Notes: generated from the letters alone by a model not told the origin. DNA of 64,000 bases from an alpha proteobacterium SCGC AAA027-L15 (GCA_000371865.1 AQUG01000002.1:30527-94526), one strand, 5' to 3'. Shown: positions 1 to 11,197, counted from the first letter of the stretch. Numbers and translations: made by a program.

Positions 1-6
1 TAAATA

Positions 7-246
7 ATGAGTGATGTCGCAGCAAAAGTTAAAAAAATTATAGTAGAACACCTAGGCGTTGACGAAGCTAAAGTTACTGATGAAGCTAGTTTTATCGATG
101 ATTTAGGAGCGGACAGTTTAGATACAGTAGAGTTAGTAATGGCGTTTGAAGAAGAATTTGGTTCTGAAATATCAGATTCGGAAGCTGAAAAAATTCTAAC
201 AGTAGGTGACGCAATAAGATTTATCGAGAATAATCCCGCTAAGTAG
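7..246 (+). CDS. acpP: Acyl carrier protein
   Basis: [20 protein letters not shown] phosphopantetheine motif; 79 aa, acidic. Confidence 0.98.
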   Translation: MSDVAAKVKKIIVEHLGVDEAKVTDEASFIDDLGADSLDTVELVMAFEEEFGSEISDSEAEKILTVGDAIRFIENNPAK

Positions 247-251
247 TTCTT

Positions 252-845
252 TTGATTTCAAAATCAAAGAGAGGTTTGATTTTAATATTATCTTCCCCCT
301 CAGGGGCAGGAAAAACTACTCTTGCTAAAAAAATTCAAGACAGCGATAGTAATTTTAAAATATCTGTTTCTTATACAACAAGAACTCCAAGACCTAACGA
401 AATAGATGGAGTTGATTATAACTTTGTTAACCTTAATAAATTCCAAGAATTATCTAATCAAAATAAATTTCTAGAACAGGCAAAAGTGTTTGGAAATTAT
501 TATGGCACTTTAAAAGGTCCAATAGAAGATAATTTAGTTCAGGGAAAAGACTATTTATTTGATATTGATTGGCAAGGAACAGAACAAGTAAAAAAAATAA
601 TGCCACTTGATATTGTTTCGGTATTTATTTTGCCACCCAGCATTAATGATTTAGAAGATAGACTTAAAAAAAGAGAAGAAAAAAATAAAGAATTAGTTGA
701 ACAAAGGATGAAAATGGCAAAGGATGAGATTAACCATTGGAAAGATTATAAATATGTAGTTGTAAATAAAGAAGTAGAAAGTTGTTTTGAGCAAATAATC
801 AAGATAATTAGGATAGAAAGAAAATTAAGATCTACTTTTAATTAA
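252..845 (+). CDS. gmk: Guanylate kinase
   Basis: SSPSGAGKTT P-loop, SVSYTTRTPRPNEIDGVDYNF, DIDWQG; TTG start. Confidence 0.97.
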   Translation: MISKSKRGLILILSSPSGAGKTTLAKKIQDSDSNFKISVSYTTRTPRPNEIDGVDYNFVNLNKFQELSNQNKFLEQAKVFGNYYGTLKGPIEDNLVQGKDYLFDIDWQGTEQVKKIMPLDIVSVFILPPSINDLEDRLKKREEKNKELVEQRMKMAKDEINHWKDYKYVVVNKEVESCFEQIIKIIRIERKLRSTFN

Positions 846-1619
846 ATCTACCAACTTGTAGTAAAAACTAAAATCAAGATTTTCTGGTCTTAGATTTTTA
901 ATATTATTAAAATCTATAATTTTTAGTTCTTTTTCATTAAGTATTTTTTTTAGAGTTTTCGAAATCATTTTTCTTTTAGTGTTAAATATAATTTTAGTAA
1001 GATCTGATAAGATGTTTAAATCTTTTAATTTAAAGTTAGTATTTTTTTTTGGAGTAAAGGATAGCACCGAAGAGTCAACTTTTGGTTCAGGATTAAATTC
1101 TTTTTTAGAAATATTAAAATGAAATTTAACATCTAATCTGGCATCAGTTAAAATCGATATTCTGCCATATTTTTTATTATTAGAGGTTGCAACAATTCTC
1201 TCTGCAACTTCTTTTTGAAACATTAAAATCATTTGATCATAAAAAGGAGGCCACGGATCTGAATAAATCCATTTTATTAATAATTTTAAAGAAATATTAT
1301 AAGGAAGATTGCCAAAAATTATTGAATTTTTTTTAAAGATTTTCTTTTCATCAAAAGTTAAAGCGTCAGAAATTTCATAATTAAAATTTTGGTAATTATT
1401 TTTAATTTTTTCTAAATAATTACTCAAATCTTTATCAAACTCGATTGCAAAAATTTGTTTGGGATTCCTTTTTAATAACTCCTCAGTTAAACTTCCTGAG
1501 CCGGGTCCTACTTCAATTATATTGGTATCCTTATTGACAATACCTATGTCCGCAATTTTTTTTATTATGTCTTTATTAATTAAAAAATTTTGACCAAGTC
1601 TCTTTTTATGTTTAAACAT
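825..1619 (-). CDS. rsmA: 16S rRNA m6,2A dimethyltransferase
   Basis: KKRLGQNFL, EVGPGSG, GNLPYNIS, MFQKEVAER. Confidence 0.97.
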   Translation of the reverse strand: MFKHKKRLGQNFLINKDIIKKIADIGIVNKDTNIIEVGPGSGSLTEELLKRNPKQIFAIEFDKDLSNYLEKIKNNYQNFNYEISDALTFDEKKIFKKNSIIFGNLPYNISLKLLIKWIYSDPWPPFYDQMILMFQKEVAERIVATSNNKKYGRISILTDARLDVKFHFNISKKEFNPEPKVDSSVLSFTPKKNTNFKLKDLNILSDLTKIIFNTKRKMISKTLKKILNEKELKIIDFNNIKNLRPENLDFSFYYKLVDLIKSRS

Positions 1620-2580
1620 TATATTTAGAAAAGAACTTTACTGCTTTCTTAAAGCTTTTTGGATTTGCTATTCCTTTACCGATAATTCCCGTACCAATTC
1701 CATGATCTGGAGAAATTCTTATAAAGGGTAAACCAATTGTGATATTTATAGCATTGAAATCAAATTTAGTTTTGAAAGTTGTTAAAATTTGATCATGATA
1801 GTGGCCGATTAAAACATCAATCTGCAATTTTTCTCTTTGTAAAAAACTAGTATCAGGGGAGAGTGGGCCAATTATTGGATATTTTTTTTTTAGTTTATTA
1901 ATTGCAGGTATAATTATTTTTTTTTCTTCGTTTCCTATATATCCATTTTCACCATTATGAGGATTTAAACCAAGAATGCCGATTTTAAATTTTTTTCTTT
2001 TAATAGTTTTTAAATAAAAATTGTTTATATTTTTGCATGCTTTCTCAATTTTTTTATATGAAATTTCTTTATAAACTTTTTTTAAAGGAATATGCGTTGT
2101 TAAGGGAAGAACAGAAAAGTTTTCATTAAATAAAAGCATATTTTCTTTATTTCTGTTATTAGTTTTATCCGCAATATATTCAGTAATTCCTTTATATTTA
2201 TTTTTTGTAAATTTTGATTTGTTAATTGGAAGGTTAATTAGTCCAATTGCTAATTTTTTTTTAAGCAAGATAACTGCGTATTCAAAACATTTTTTAACAA
2301 ATGTATCTGAGTTATTAGTTTTTAGATTAAATGGTTTGGATTGTTTATAATCTACATTTATAAAATTGAATTTTACATTTTCTAAGCTATTAATTTCAGA
2401 TAACTTAAACTTTACATTTATTTTAAAATCCAAGTAATTTGCTTGCTTTTCTAATAGTGAATAATTTCCAATAATTATAAAATTTAGTTTTGTTTTTTTT
2501 ATATAATTTAATGATTTGAGAAAAATTTCAGAGGAGATACTATTGGGTTCTCCTAGAATGATTATAATAGGTCTTTTCAC
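1612..2580 (-). CDS. pdxA: 4-hydroxythreonine-4-phosphate dehydrogenase
   Basis: TTHIPL, GLNPHNGE, YHDQ, GLPFIRISPDHG; synteny surA-pdxA-rsmA. Confidence 0.93.
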   Translation of the reverse strand: MKRPIIIILGEPNSISSEIFLKSLNYIKKTKLNFIIIGNYSLLEKQANYLDFKINVKFKLSEINSLENVKFNFINVDYKQSKPFNLKTNNSDTFVKKCFEYAVILLKKKLAIGLINLPINKSKFTKNKYKGITEYIADKTNNRNKENMLLFNENFSVLPLTTHIPLKKVYKEISYKKIEKACKNINNFYLKTIKRKKFKIGILGLNPHNGENGYIGNEEKKIIIPAINKLKKKYPIIGPLSPDTSFLQREKLQIDVLIGHYHDQILTTFKTKFDFNAINITIGLPFIRISPDHGIGTGIIGKGIANPKSFKKAVKFFSKYNV

Positions 2581-3185
2581 AAAAATTTAATTAAATATTT
2601 TTTTTTACTTTTTTCTAAATGAGCAGCTGAGAATTTATTTAATAGTTTATTTTGTTCAGTGATGATAAGTTGTTTTTTTAACTTTTCGTCATCATCGGTA
2701 TCTGTCTTTTCTAGTTCTTTATTAACTTCTGTTAAATTTATATTGATCCTAGTCTCATACATCTGCTTAATTAATTTTGACCACTTCATATCAATTTTTA
2801 TTATATTTTTTAGATAATCTTTATCTATTTCATTTTGATTATAGAAAGAATTAAGAATTTCATTGTTAATTTTTATTCTATCTAAGTAATTGTATAAGTT
2901 GTTCTCTATTTCTTTTTCTGAGACTTCGATTTTAAAATTATTTGTTTCTATATCTTTGATTTTTCTATCTATTAAACTATTGATAATTTCTTTTTTTAAT
3001 AGTTCCGAACTATTAGTAATTTGATCTTTGTTAATAAATTTTAAAAAATTTATTTCTTTATTAATATCTAGTTCTGTAATTATTGAGTTATCAATAGAAA
3101 CTATTACGTTATTCGTTAATTGTTTTGCTTTAGATTCAGTTAAAAATAAAACAAAAAATATTAGTAAAAAAATTTTTTTACTCAT
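2577..3185 (-). CDS. surA: SurA N-terminal-domain chaperone (no evident parvulin domain)
   Basis: Signal peptide, IVSIDNSIITELDI...LID motif; lies between lptD and pdxA. Confidence 0.75.
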   Translation of the reverse strand: MSKKIFLLIFFVLFLTESKAKQLTNNVIVSIDNSIITELDINKEINFLKFINKDQITNSSELLKKEIINSLIDRKIKDIETNNFKIEVSEKEIENNLYNYLDRIKINNEILNSFYNQNEIDKDYLKNIIKIDMKWSKLIKQMYETRININLTEVNKELEKTDTDDDEKLKKQLIITEQNKLLNKFSAAHLEKSKKKYLIKFL

Positions 3186-3198
3186 TTATTATTTAGAA

Positions 3199-5514
3199 TT
3201 ATTGTATTCCGCCAATGGAAGGTAATATATTCGATGTTGTGTAATTATCTCCAAATGGTAGCAGCGTCACACCAAAAAAAACACTAGTTGCAGGTTTTAA
3301 ATCTTTATCAGACGAGTAGTTTTTTTGTAAATAAAAACCATATCTTATACATTCATTTTCATTTTCAATTCCTAGTTTATGAGAATTAGTCAAATCTGTT
3401 TTTAAATTTCTGTCAGTTGAAATTGTTAATTTAGTGTTATCAGTTAAATAAGAAGTTAAATCGGCTTTTGCATATCTTTCACTTCCAATATGACTATTTT
3501 TTTCATAAAAATTAAAATTAATTTCACCTTGTTTTAAAAAAGTTTTTACATTTAAATCGTTGTAATAAATATGGTTGAAACCGTTATCTAATGTATTTTT
3601 TAGAGTGACATCAAAATTACCAGGACTAAAATAGTTAGCTTTAGTTACAAGATCAGAATTTTTACTTTGTAAAGAGGATTTTGTAGGCATATCAGGATCT
3701 TCGTTGAATTTTATAACTTGTCCTATTGAAATACTCGCTTCAGCAGGTTTATTTTTGTTTGTAATTTTTTCTTTCCACATCCAATCTAAGCCAACATTTA
3801 AAGATAAATCTTTTTCTATTAATTCATCTGAGTTCATCCTGTTTATTGAGAATAAATTATCCGTATTTAAAGTAGTATCGTTAGATTTTGCATTAGTCAT
3901 TTTTCCAGGGGAATAACGAGTAAGTACTCTAGGAATTAAATATTGCTCAGATTCTTTTGATAACTTAGCAAACGGTAATGATGCATCAAGACCAACTACG
4001 GGATTAATTTGACTATTTAAGTTTTCGTTTGGAGTTTTGTAATCAGAATAGTAGTTAATGTTATTTATTTTTGTAAGAAATTTATATCCAACACCAAGAT
4101 TTGTATTGTAAAATTCTGAAGTGGAGTAATCTAGGTTATTAATAAAAGTTGTTTTGCTTTGATTTGTGTTTGTATTTAAGCTTTTAAAATTTGAACTAAA
4201 GTTTAGGTTGTTATTGTCCAGTAAGTTATATTTAGAATAAATAATTTCAGGAAGCAGATATTCATATTGATCAGAAGATTTTGAAGTGCTGATATTTTGA
4301 TATGCTGCTGATTTAAAATTTAGACTTTCGTTTTTTCCAAAAGAATTAAGGTAAATTTCATTAGTTAGTTTTGTATCATCATCCTTTACAAGATTTCTTT
4401 TAAACCCATCAACGGTAGAATTTATTTTATTAACCCTTAAATACGTTGGGTTATTTACTCTCTGAAATTTTGCATTAAATTCACTTTGATCTAAAATTTT
4501 GTCTGTAAAATTAAGATTTAAATTACCATACAAATGATGTCTTGATCCGCCAGTTTGTGAAGTGGTTATTTCTTTATAGCCTTCAGTAAAACCAGCCTCT
4601 AATGACAAATCTCCATTTTTAAATTTCTCCCTATATTCCCCTAACAACAAAGGATTTTGTTTAAAGTAATAAACAGGACTAACTGTAAAGTCAGCTGATT
4701 GAGACACTGGATAAAAATACGGAATTTTAATTGTTGCGCCAATATCCGAACTTAGTGATGAAAATGATGGTGCTAAAAAACCAGCCTCTCTTTTAACACT
4801 TGGGTCTGGATGTGAAAAATAAGGAGTATATAGAATTGGAATATTGTTTAAATCTAGAGTGGCGTTCTTATAAGTAATTTTTTTATTTTCTTTATCATGG
4901 GTTACTAAATTAGCGTTTAAATTCCAATAAGGACATCCTTCCTTCTCATTTGTTGATTTACAAGATGTAAATTTCCCATCTTTTATTATTGTTATATTAT
5001 CTTTAATACTTACTTCTTTTCCAGAAAGTCTTGGCTCTATAAATTCATTAAACTTATCTTTAGATTGAAATTTTTCTTTATTAAGATCAGAGTTAAGATT
5101 ATATCCGATAATTTCATTAAATTTATCATCAGCATTAAGTTTACTAAAATAATATATATTTTTATAATTATCTGAAAACTTTACTTTATTATCTGCGGTA
5201 ATAATTTTTTTTTCTAAATTATATTCAAAATTCTCTGCAGTTAGAGTTCTATTTTTACTGTCAGAAAATTTAGAATTCCCAAAAGTTTTTAATAGTTGAT
5301 TTGCTTTGTTGTATATAATTCTATCAGCGGAGATTTGTTGTCCTTCTTGATTTTTAGCAACCACGTTTCCTATGGCCTCTATAATATTGTTATCCTGAGA
5401 ATACGTTAGCTTATCAGCAGAAAAATTATAAATATCTTTTTGCTGTGAAAAACTAAAATTAGTTTTTAAAAAAAAGAAGCCAAAAAATAATATAAAAAAA
5501 ATTCTATTTTGCAT
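3199..5514 (-). CDS. lptD: LPS assembly outer-membrane protein LptD
   Basis: OstA-type N-terminus, FTSC...CPYW, PILYTPYFSHPDPSVKREAGFLAP; start moved to ATG 5514 (MQNRIFF signal peptide). Confidence 0.92.
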   Translation of the reverse strand: MQNRIFFILFFGFFFLKTNFSFSQQKDIYNFSADKLTYSQDNNIIEAIGNVVAKNQEGQQISADRIIYNKANQLLKTFGNSKFSDSKNRTLTAENFEYNLEKKIITADNKVKFSDNYKNIYYFSKLNADDKFNEIIGYNLNSDLNKEKFQSKDKFNEFIEPRLSGKEVSIKDNITIIKDGKFTSCKSTNEKEGCPYWNLNANLVTHDKENKKITYKNATLDLNNIPILYTPYFSHPDPSVKREAGFLAPSFSSLSSDIGATIKIPYFYPVSQSADFTVSPVYYFKQNPLLLGEYREKFKNGDLSLEAGFTEGYKEITTSQTGGSRHHLYGNLNLNFTDKILDQSEFNAKFQRVNNPTYLRVNKINSTVDGFKRNLVKDDDTKLTNEIYLNSFGKNESLNFKSAAYQNISTSKSSDQYEYLLPEIIYSKYNLLDNNNLNFSSNFKSLNTNTNQSKTTFINNLDYSTSEFYNTNLGVGYKFLTKINNINYYSDYKTPNENLNSQINPVVGLDASLPFAKLSKESEQYLIPRVLTRYSPGKMTNAKSNDTTLNTDNLFSINRMNSDELIEKDLSLNVGLDWMWKEKITNKNKPAEASISIGQVIKFNEDPDMPTKSSLQSKNSDLVTKANYFSPGNFDVTLKNTLDNGFNHIYYNDLNVKTFLKQGEINFNFYEKNSHIGSERYAKADLTSYLTDNTKLTISTDRNLKTDLTNSHKLGIENENECIRYGFYLQKNYSSDKDLKPATSVFFGVTLLPFGDNYTTSNILPSIGGIQ

Positions 5515-6598
5515 TAACTTGTGTAATTCCAACTAAATTTATTAAAATTATGAGAAATATAGGTATCCACACCGAAAAATCTACAGATATTATGCCTGAT
5601 TTAGCTATTGTTATTGATAAATCATTTAGAAAATAAATTGTTATGCTTATTATTACTCCATAGCTTCCATATTTTAGGTAGTTAGATGTCTTTCCTAAAT
5701 TAATGATCATTAGTCCAGAAAGTATCGACATTGCTAACAGATAAATTGGAAAGGATATTAACTTTTGATACCTAATTCTAAGATCTATGGTTGAATACCC
5801 CTTGTCTTCCAATATTAACATTTCTTTATTTATGTCTAGCAAGGAAGTGGTCTCAGTATTTTTATAAACGTTTTTTAGTTCACTGATATTTACGTTACTC
5901 GTGTAATTATAATTATTTAAATAATTATCTTTATTATTTTTTTTATTTATTGAGATTATATTAACTTTATTTAGCAGCCAATTTTTATCTTTTATAGTTC
6001 CTTCTGTAGCATCAATTCTTCTTATAAAGTTATTTGAAGCATCATAATTATAAATAGTAATTTGGCTCACTACAGAAAAATCTTTATTTATTTTCTCTAT
6101 TCTTATTATATTTTTTTCTTTTTCATTTTTATCAAGAATCCATATTCCAGTTTCATTAACAAATACTAAATTTTTCGTCTCATTATACTCTGAACGTAAA
6201 TCTTCATAATATCTAAGCATTGAGGAAGAGAAGGGGACAATTAAAAAAACAATTACATATCCAATAACAAATGAAGTTAAAGCAGGAATTAATATAATTT
6301 GAATATTGGAATAACCCATAATCCTTAATGAAATAACTTCATTATGATTGTAAATTTTTAAATAAAAAACAATTCCTGCAAATAAAACTATAAAAGGAAA
6401 TAAATTTATTAATACATTAGGTATTTTTAATACGGTAAATATTAAAAAAAATATAAACTTAAGATCCTTTTTTGATTTAAAAAAATTAAACTCATCTAAT
6501 AAATTTATTAAAAGAATAATTGATAGCATTACTGCTATAACAACGAATAAACTCTTTATATATTCATTGATTATATATCTGTTAATTGATTTTAACAT
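5504..6598 (-). CDS. lptG: LPS export ABC permease LptG
   Basis: YjgP/YjgQ topology (3 TM, periplasmic domain, 3 TM), HNEVISLRIMGYS; order lptF-lptG-lptD. Confidence 0.85.
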   Translation of the reverse strand: MLKSINRYIINEYIKSLFVVIAVMLSIILLINLLDEFNFFKSKKDLKFIFFLIFTVLKIPNVLINLFPFIVLFAGIVFYLKIYNHNEVISLRIMGYSNIQIILIPALTSFVIGYVIVFLIVPFSSSMLRYYEDLRSEYNETKNLVFVNETGIWILDKNEKEKNIIRIEKINKDFSVVSQITIYNYDASNNFIRRIDATEGTIKDKNWLLNKVNIISINKKNNKDNYLNNYNYTSNVNISELKNVYKNTETTSLLDINKEMLILEDKGYSTIDLRIRYQKLISFPIYLLAMSILSGLMIINLGKTSNYLKYGSYGVIISITIYFLNDLSITIAKSGIISVDFSVWIPIFLIILINLVGITQVNAK

Positions 6599-7690
6599 TT
6601 ATGATTTAATATTTTCTCTTTTAAGAAAGTAATTTAACAAAAGCCAATTTATTATTAAAAATAAAATTGGAGCTACGTATAAAAATAAACCCCAATTTAT
6701 ATTTTTTGAACTAAAATTTAATAATATTTCACTAATTATTATAATCAAAATTCCGTATGAAAAAATTATCAACTTTATGAAATTGTTATTTATAATTTCT
6801 TTATTAGTTATGATTAAAAGACACGCTAATAAAACTAAAGAAGGAATAAATAAAGGCATCACGATTCTATCATTTAGTTCTCCAACTACATTAGAGAGTT
6901 GCGCATCGTTTTTATTGTTAGCTCTTTTTACTAATTCTAAAAAAAATATTTCATTAAATTTATAATATTCAACTGTTTTCTTGCTATATTGACTGAGGTC
7001 TAGTGTTATTTTGTCAAAATCCAATATAGAAATTTTTCTATCTTTTCGTTCTTCTTGAATACTGCCCTCCACAAGTACAAGTAAATTTTTATTATTTTCA
7101 TTTATAACAACGCCTGATTTTGCAACTATAGTTTTTTTTATATTTGCATCATCTTCAAATAAAATAATATCTTCCAATTCATTAATTTGATTTTTTTTTC
7201 CAACATAAATAGTTATTTTTTTTAGAGGATTGTTAAAATTATTCTGCTTTATTAAAGGCCCAATTGCACCAACTCCTGTATTTAATAGCAGATATCTCGA
7301 GTAATTTGAAAAATGCGGAACTATAAAACACCTGATAATTATTAGTATCAAAACAAATATAGCTGTAGATCTTAATAAATAATTTATAAATTTTTTTTTT
7401 TCTAATCCCGAAAACCAAAGAGCTCTAAGTTCATTATGTTCTTCAAATTTTGAAATTGTCACAACAAAAGATATAAAAAATATTATTATTGAAATTTTAG
7501 AAAAATACTTTGGTAGTATTGATAAAATGTATAAAAAATAAGTTTTAATAGAATTTCCGTCTTCACCAATTAAATCTAGCAGTCTAACAGCTTGAGTTAT
7601 CCAAATAATAAGACCAAATGCAAAAAGAATAGAAATATAGTTCTTTAAAAATTCTTGCGCAAAATAGTATCCCAACTTGTTTTTTCTCAT
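6599..7690 (-). CDS. lptF: LPS export ABC permease LptF
   Basis: IIWITQAVRLLDLI and HNELRALWFSG; YjgP/YjgQ topology. Confidence 0.85.
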   Translation of the reverse strand: MRKNKLGYYFAQEFLKNYISILFAFGLIIWITQAVRLLDLIGEDGNSIKTYFLYILSILPKYFSKISIIIFFISFVVTISKFEEHNELRALWFSGLEKKKFINYLLRSTAIFVLILIIIRCFIVPHFSNYSRYLLLNTGVGAIGPLIKQNNFNNPLKKITIYVGKKNQINELEDIILFEDDANIKKTIVAKSGVVINENNKNLLVLVEGSIQEERKDRKISILDFDKITLDLSQYSKKTVEYYKFNEIFFLELVKRANNKNDAQLSNVVGELNDRIVMPLFIPSLVLLACLLIITNKEIINNNFIKLIIFSYGILIIIISEILLNFSSKNINWGLFLYVAPILFLIINWLLLNYFLKRENIKS

Positions 7691-7718
7691 ATAGATATGT
7701 ATATGATCTTATATCATT

Positions 7719-9185
7719 ATGTTAAATTTAAAGATAACTCCAAATGTAAATAATAATTCAGATTTTTACATTTTTTTCTGTGAAAAAAATTTTTCGTTTA
7801 ATTCAAAAAAACTATCATTTCTTGATATAGATAATAAAGAAATCAATTCTATTTTATCAAAAAATAAAGATGAAGATTATTTTGTTTTTAATTATTATAG
7901 CTTAAGACCAAAAAAAATTATTTTTATAAATCAAAAAAATAGTAATCACGATTTTGAAAATCAAAATATCGGTGGGAAGGTTATTAGTGAAATTAAATCA
8001 GCAAAAGAAATTAATGTTATTTTTTCTAATGAAAGTAAATCATTAGAAGATTATTATTTTAATTTTTTTTTAGGATGTTTTTTAAAAAAATATTCTTTTA
8101 CAAAATATAAGACAATTTTTAAAAAAAATGAGAATACAAAAGAAATAACAAATCTCTTAATTACTTCATCAAATAAGATTTTTTTTAATAAGATAATAAA
8201 TAATATTGAAAATATAATTAACGGTGTTTTTTTAACAAGAGATCTAGTTTCAGAACCCCCAAATTACTTAAATCCAGAAAAATTTGTATCTGAAATTAAA
8301 AAACTTTCTAAGCTAGGCCTTAAAGTTGAAGTTTTTGATTATTCAAAAATGAAAAAAATTGGGATGAATGCTTTATTGGGCGTTGCTCAAGGAAGTAAAA
8401 ATTTGCCTTATTTTGTAACTATCACATGGAAGCCAAATAATTCAAAAAATAAAAAACCACTATCGTTTATTGGAAAGGGAGTTTGTTTTGATACGGGTGG
8501 CATTTCTCTAAAACCAGCTAAATTTATGGAAGATATGAAATACGATATGGCTGGAGCAGGCGCTGTTGTTGGTTTAATGAAAACTTTAGCTCTTAGAAAA
8601 TCTAAATCTTACGTAGTTAGCGCAGTTGCTTTAGTTGAGAATATGCCTGGTGGAGCAGCTCAAAGACCAGGTGATATCGTAAAATCTTACTCTGGCAAAA
8701 CTATTGAAGTGTTAAATACAGATGCTGAAGGAAGATTAATTCTTGCAGATGCAATTTACTATATTGATGAACAGTATAAGCCAGAATTAATTGTTGATCT
8801 AGCAACCCTTACTGGAGCGATAGTTGTTTCTTTAGGAAGTGAGTATGCAGGTTTATTTTCTAATAATGATAAACTGTCAGAAAAATTAATTAAAGCAGGA
8901 GAAATTGAAAATGAAAAACTTTGGAGATTTCCATTGCACAAAAATTATGACAAATTGATGGACTCAAAAATTGCAGACATTCAAAATATTAATTACTCTG
9001 GAGGAGCGGGGTCTATTACAGCGGCGCAATTTTTACAAAGATTTTTAAAAAATAATACACCTTGGGCTCATTTAGATATTGCCGGCATGGCTTGGACAAA
9101 AAAAGATTTAGATATTATACCAACAGGAGCTACTGGTTATGGTGTTAAATTATTGAATAAATTTGTAGAAAAATATTACGAATAA
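7719..9185 (+). CDS. pepA: Leucyl aminopeptidase (M17)
   Basis: [37 protein letters not shown]. Confidence 0.97.
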   Translation: MLNLKITPNVNNNSDFYIFFCEKNFSFNSKKLSFLDIDNKEINSILSKNKDEDYFVFNYYSLRPKKIIFINQKNSNHDFENQNIGGKVISEIKSAKEINVIFSNESKSLEDYYFNFFLGCFLKKYSFTKYKTIFKKNENTKEITNLLITSSNKIFFNKIINNIENIINGVFLTRDLVSEPPNYLNPEKFVSEIKKLSKLGLKVEVFDYSKMKKIGMNALLGVAQGSKNLPYFVTITWKPNNSKNKKPLSFIGKGVCFDTGGISLKPAKFMEDMKYDMAGAGAVVGLMKTLALRKSKSYVVSAVALVENMPGGAAQRPGDIVKSYSGKTIEVLNTDAEGRLILADAIYYIDEQYKPELIVDLATLTGAIVVSLGSEYAGLFSNNDKLSEKLIKAGEIENEKLWRFPLHKNYDKLMDSKIADIQNINYSGGAGSITAAQFLQRFLKNNTPWAHLDIAGMAWTKKDLDIIPTGATGYGVKLLNKFVEKYYE

Positions 9186-9186
9186 T

Positions 9187-9588
9187 ATGGAAAAAACTTT
9201 ATCTATAATTAAACCAGATGCTGTTGAGAGGAATTTGATTGGCCAAATAGTAAGTATTTTTGAGAAAAATTCTTTAACAATTCATTCAATTAAAAAAATT
9301 ACATTATCTAAAAAAATGGCTGAAGATTTTTATTTTGTTCATAAAGCAAGGCCTTTTTTTAATGATCTTTGCACTTATATGTGCTCAGGTCCTGTTGTAG
9401 TTATGGTCTTAGAAGGTGACAATGCAGTTGTTAAAAATAGAGAAATTATGGGAGCAACAAATCCGAAAGATGCTGCTAAAGGCACTATAAGAAATTTATA
9501 TGGCATTTCTCTAGATAAAAATTCAGTACATGGTTCAGATAGTAAAGAAAACGCAAAAATAGAAATCGATTTTTTCTTTAAAGAATAG
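9187..9588 (+). CDS. ndk: Nucleoside diphosphate kinase
   Basis: [20 protein letters not shown]. Confidence 0.98.
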   Translation: MEKTLSIIKPDAVERNLIGQIVSIFEKNSLTIHSIKKITLSKKMAEDFYFVHKARPFFNDLCTYMCSGPVVVMVLEGDNAVVKNREIMGATNPKDAAKGTIRNLYGISLDKNSVHGSDSKENAKIEIDFFFKE

Positions 9589-9591
9589 TTT

Positions 9592-10170
9592 TTAATTTAT
9601 TTTATTACAAACAATATCTACAGCTTTTGGATAAATTAGGTGCTCCTCCTTTAAAACTCTTTTTGCTAGAGAATTTGGTGTATCTCTTTCAAGAATTTTA
9701 ACTCTTGTTTGTAATATTTTTTTTCCAGAATCTAATTTTGCAGTTACGTAATGTACAGTCGATCCTGCATATTTATCACCTGCTTTTATAGCTCTCTCAT
9801 GAGTATTTAGACCTTTGTATTTTGGAAGTAACGAGGGATGAATATTAATAATTTTAAATTTACATTTTTGAATAAATTCTTTCGATAAAATTCTCATAAA
9901 ACCTGCTAGACATAATAAGTTAATTTTATTTTTCTTTAGATAACTTAAAGCTTTTTTTTCAAATTGTGGTTTCTTTTTTTCTATTGCGTAATTAATGATT
10001 TTATTTTTTTTAGCAAAAACTAATCCTTTGGCTTCTTTTTTATTTGAAATTACTAATTTTATTTTCCAATTAGTATTATTTTTTTTAGAGTATTTAATTA
10101 ATTCTTTTAAGTTAGAACCTCTACCAGAAATAAAAACACTAACATTAATATTTCCAGTTAATTTTTTCAT
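9592..10170 (-). CDS. purN: Phosphoribosylglycinamide formyltransferase
   Basis: ISGRGSNL, LAGFMRIL, NIHPSLLPKYKG. Confidence 0.97.
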   Translation of the reverse strand: MKKLTGNINVSVFISGRGSNLKELIKYSKKNNTNWKIKLVISNKKEAKGLVFAKKNKIINYAIEKKKPQFEKKALSYLKKNKINLLCLAGFMRILSKEFIQKCKFKIINIHPSLLPKYKGLNTHERAIKAGDKYAGSTVHYVTAKLDSGKKILQTRVKILERDTPNSLAKRVLKEEHLIYPKAVDIVCNKIN

Positions 10171-11197
10171 TTAATATAATTTTTTTATTATTATTACTTT
10201 TTATAATTGTTCCAATTTCATAAGGCTTTGAAGATTTATTAAAAACTTTTAAGATTTTTTTATAATTTTTTTTATCCGCAATTATGCAAAAACCAACGCC
10301 GCAATTAAATGTTTTAAGCATTTCATGATCGTTAACGCCATTTGATTTAATCCATTTTATAACTTTATTAGTTTTAATTTTCGAAAGATTTATTTTTGCA
10401 CTATAGTTATCAGGAATAACCCTAGGTATATTCTCGATGATTCCTCCACCAGTAATATGTGCGCAGCCTTTAATCAACTTCATACTGTGAAGTTTTAATA
10501 TTTCCTTAACGTAAATTTTAGTAGGGGTTAAAAGATTTTTGTATAATTTCTTATTATTACTCGCTTTAATTTTTTTATCTTTCAAAATTTTTCTTATCAA
10601 AGAGTAACCGTTAGAATGAGCTCCTGTTGACGGAATTCCTAATATTATGTCGCCATGTTTAATTGAATTTCCAGTGATAACATTTTTTTTCCCAACGACA
10701 CCAACAGCAAAGCCAGCTAAATCAAAAGAGTCTCCGGTATATATACCAGGCATTTCTGCCGTCTCTCCACCAGATAAAGAACAGCCAGCAATTCTACATC
10801 CCTTTGCTATGCCAGATAGTATTTGTTTATATTTTTTTTCAACAACCTTTGGAATTGCAATATAGTCTAAAAAGACAACAGGTTTTGCTCCTTGAACAAT
10901 TAGATCATTTACGCACATTGCAACTAGGTCAATGCCGATTGTTCTAAAGTCATTAAGGTGATTTGCTATTTCTAGCTTAGTTCCAACTCCATCAGTTGAA
11001 GTTACGATAAGAGGGTTTTTGATTTTATATTGTCCTAGATCAAATACAGATCCAAAGCCTCCTATGTTTTTAAAGTTTTTAATTTCACTTCCTTTAATTT
11101 TTGTAGATTTTGATAATTTAGAAATGAATTTAACTAAATTTGTGGTTTTTTCGATATCAACACCACTTTTAAGATAGGTAAAATTTGAATTATTCAT
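10145..11197 (-). CDS. purM: AIR synthase
   Basis: TDGVGTK, IGIDLVAMCVND, GGETAEMPG, HSNGYSL, HITGGG. Confidence 0.98.
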   Translation of the reverse strand: MNNSNFTYLKSGVDIEKTTNLVKFISKLSKSTKIKGSEIKNFKNIGGFGSVFDLGQYKIKNPLIVTSTDGVGTKLEIANHLNDFRTIGIDLVAMCVNDLIVQGAKPVVFLDYIAIPKVVEKKYKQILSGIAKGCRIAGCSLSGGETAEMPGIYTGDSFDLAGFAVGVVGKKNVITGNSIKHGDIILGIPSTGAHSNGYSLIRKILKDKKIKASNNKKLYKNLLTPTKIYVKEILKLHSMKLIKGCAHITGGGIIENIPRVIPDNYSAKINLSKIKTNKVIKWIKSNGVNDHEMLKTFNCGVGFCIIADKKNYKKILKVFNKSSKPYEIGTIIKSNNNKKIILNEKINWKY

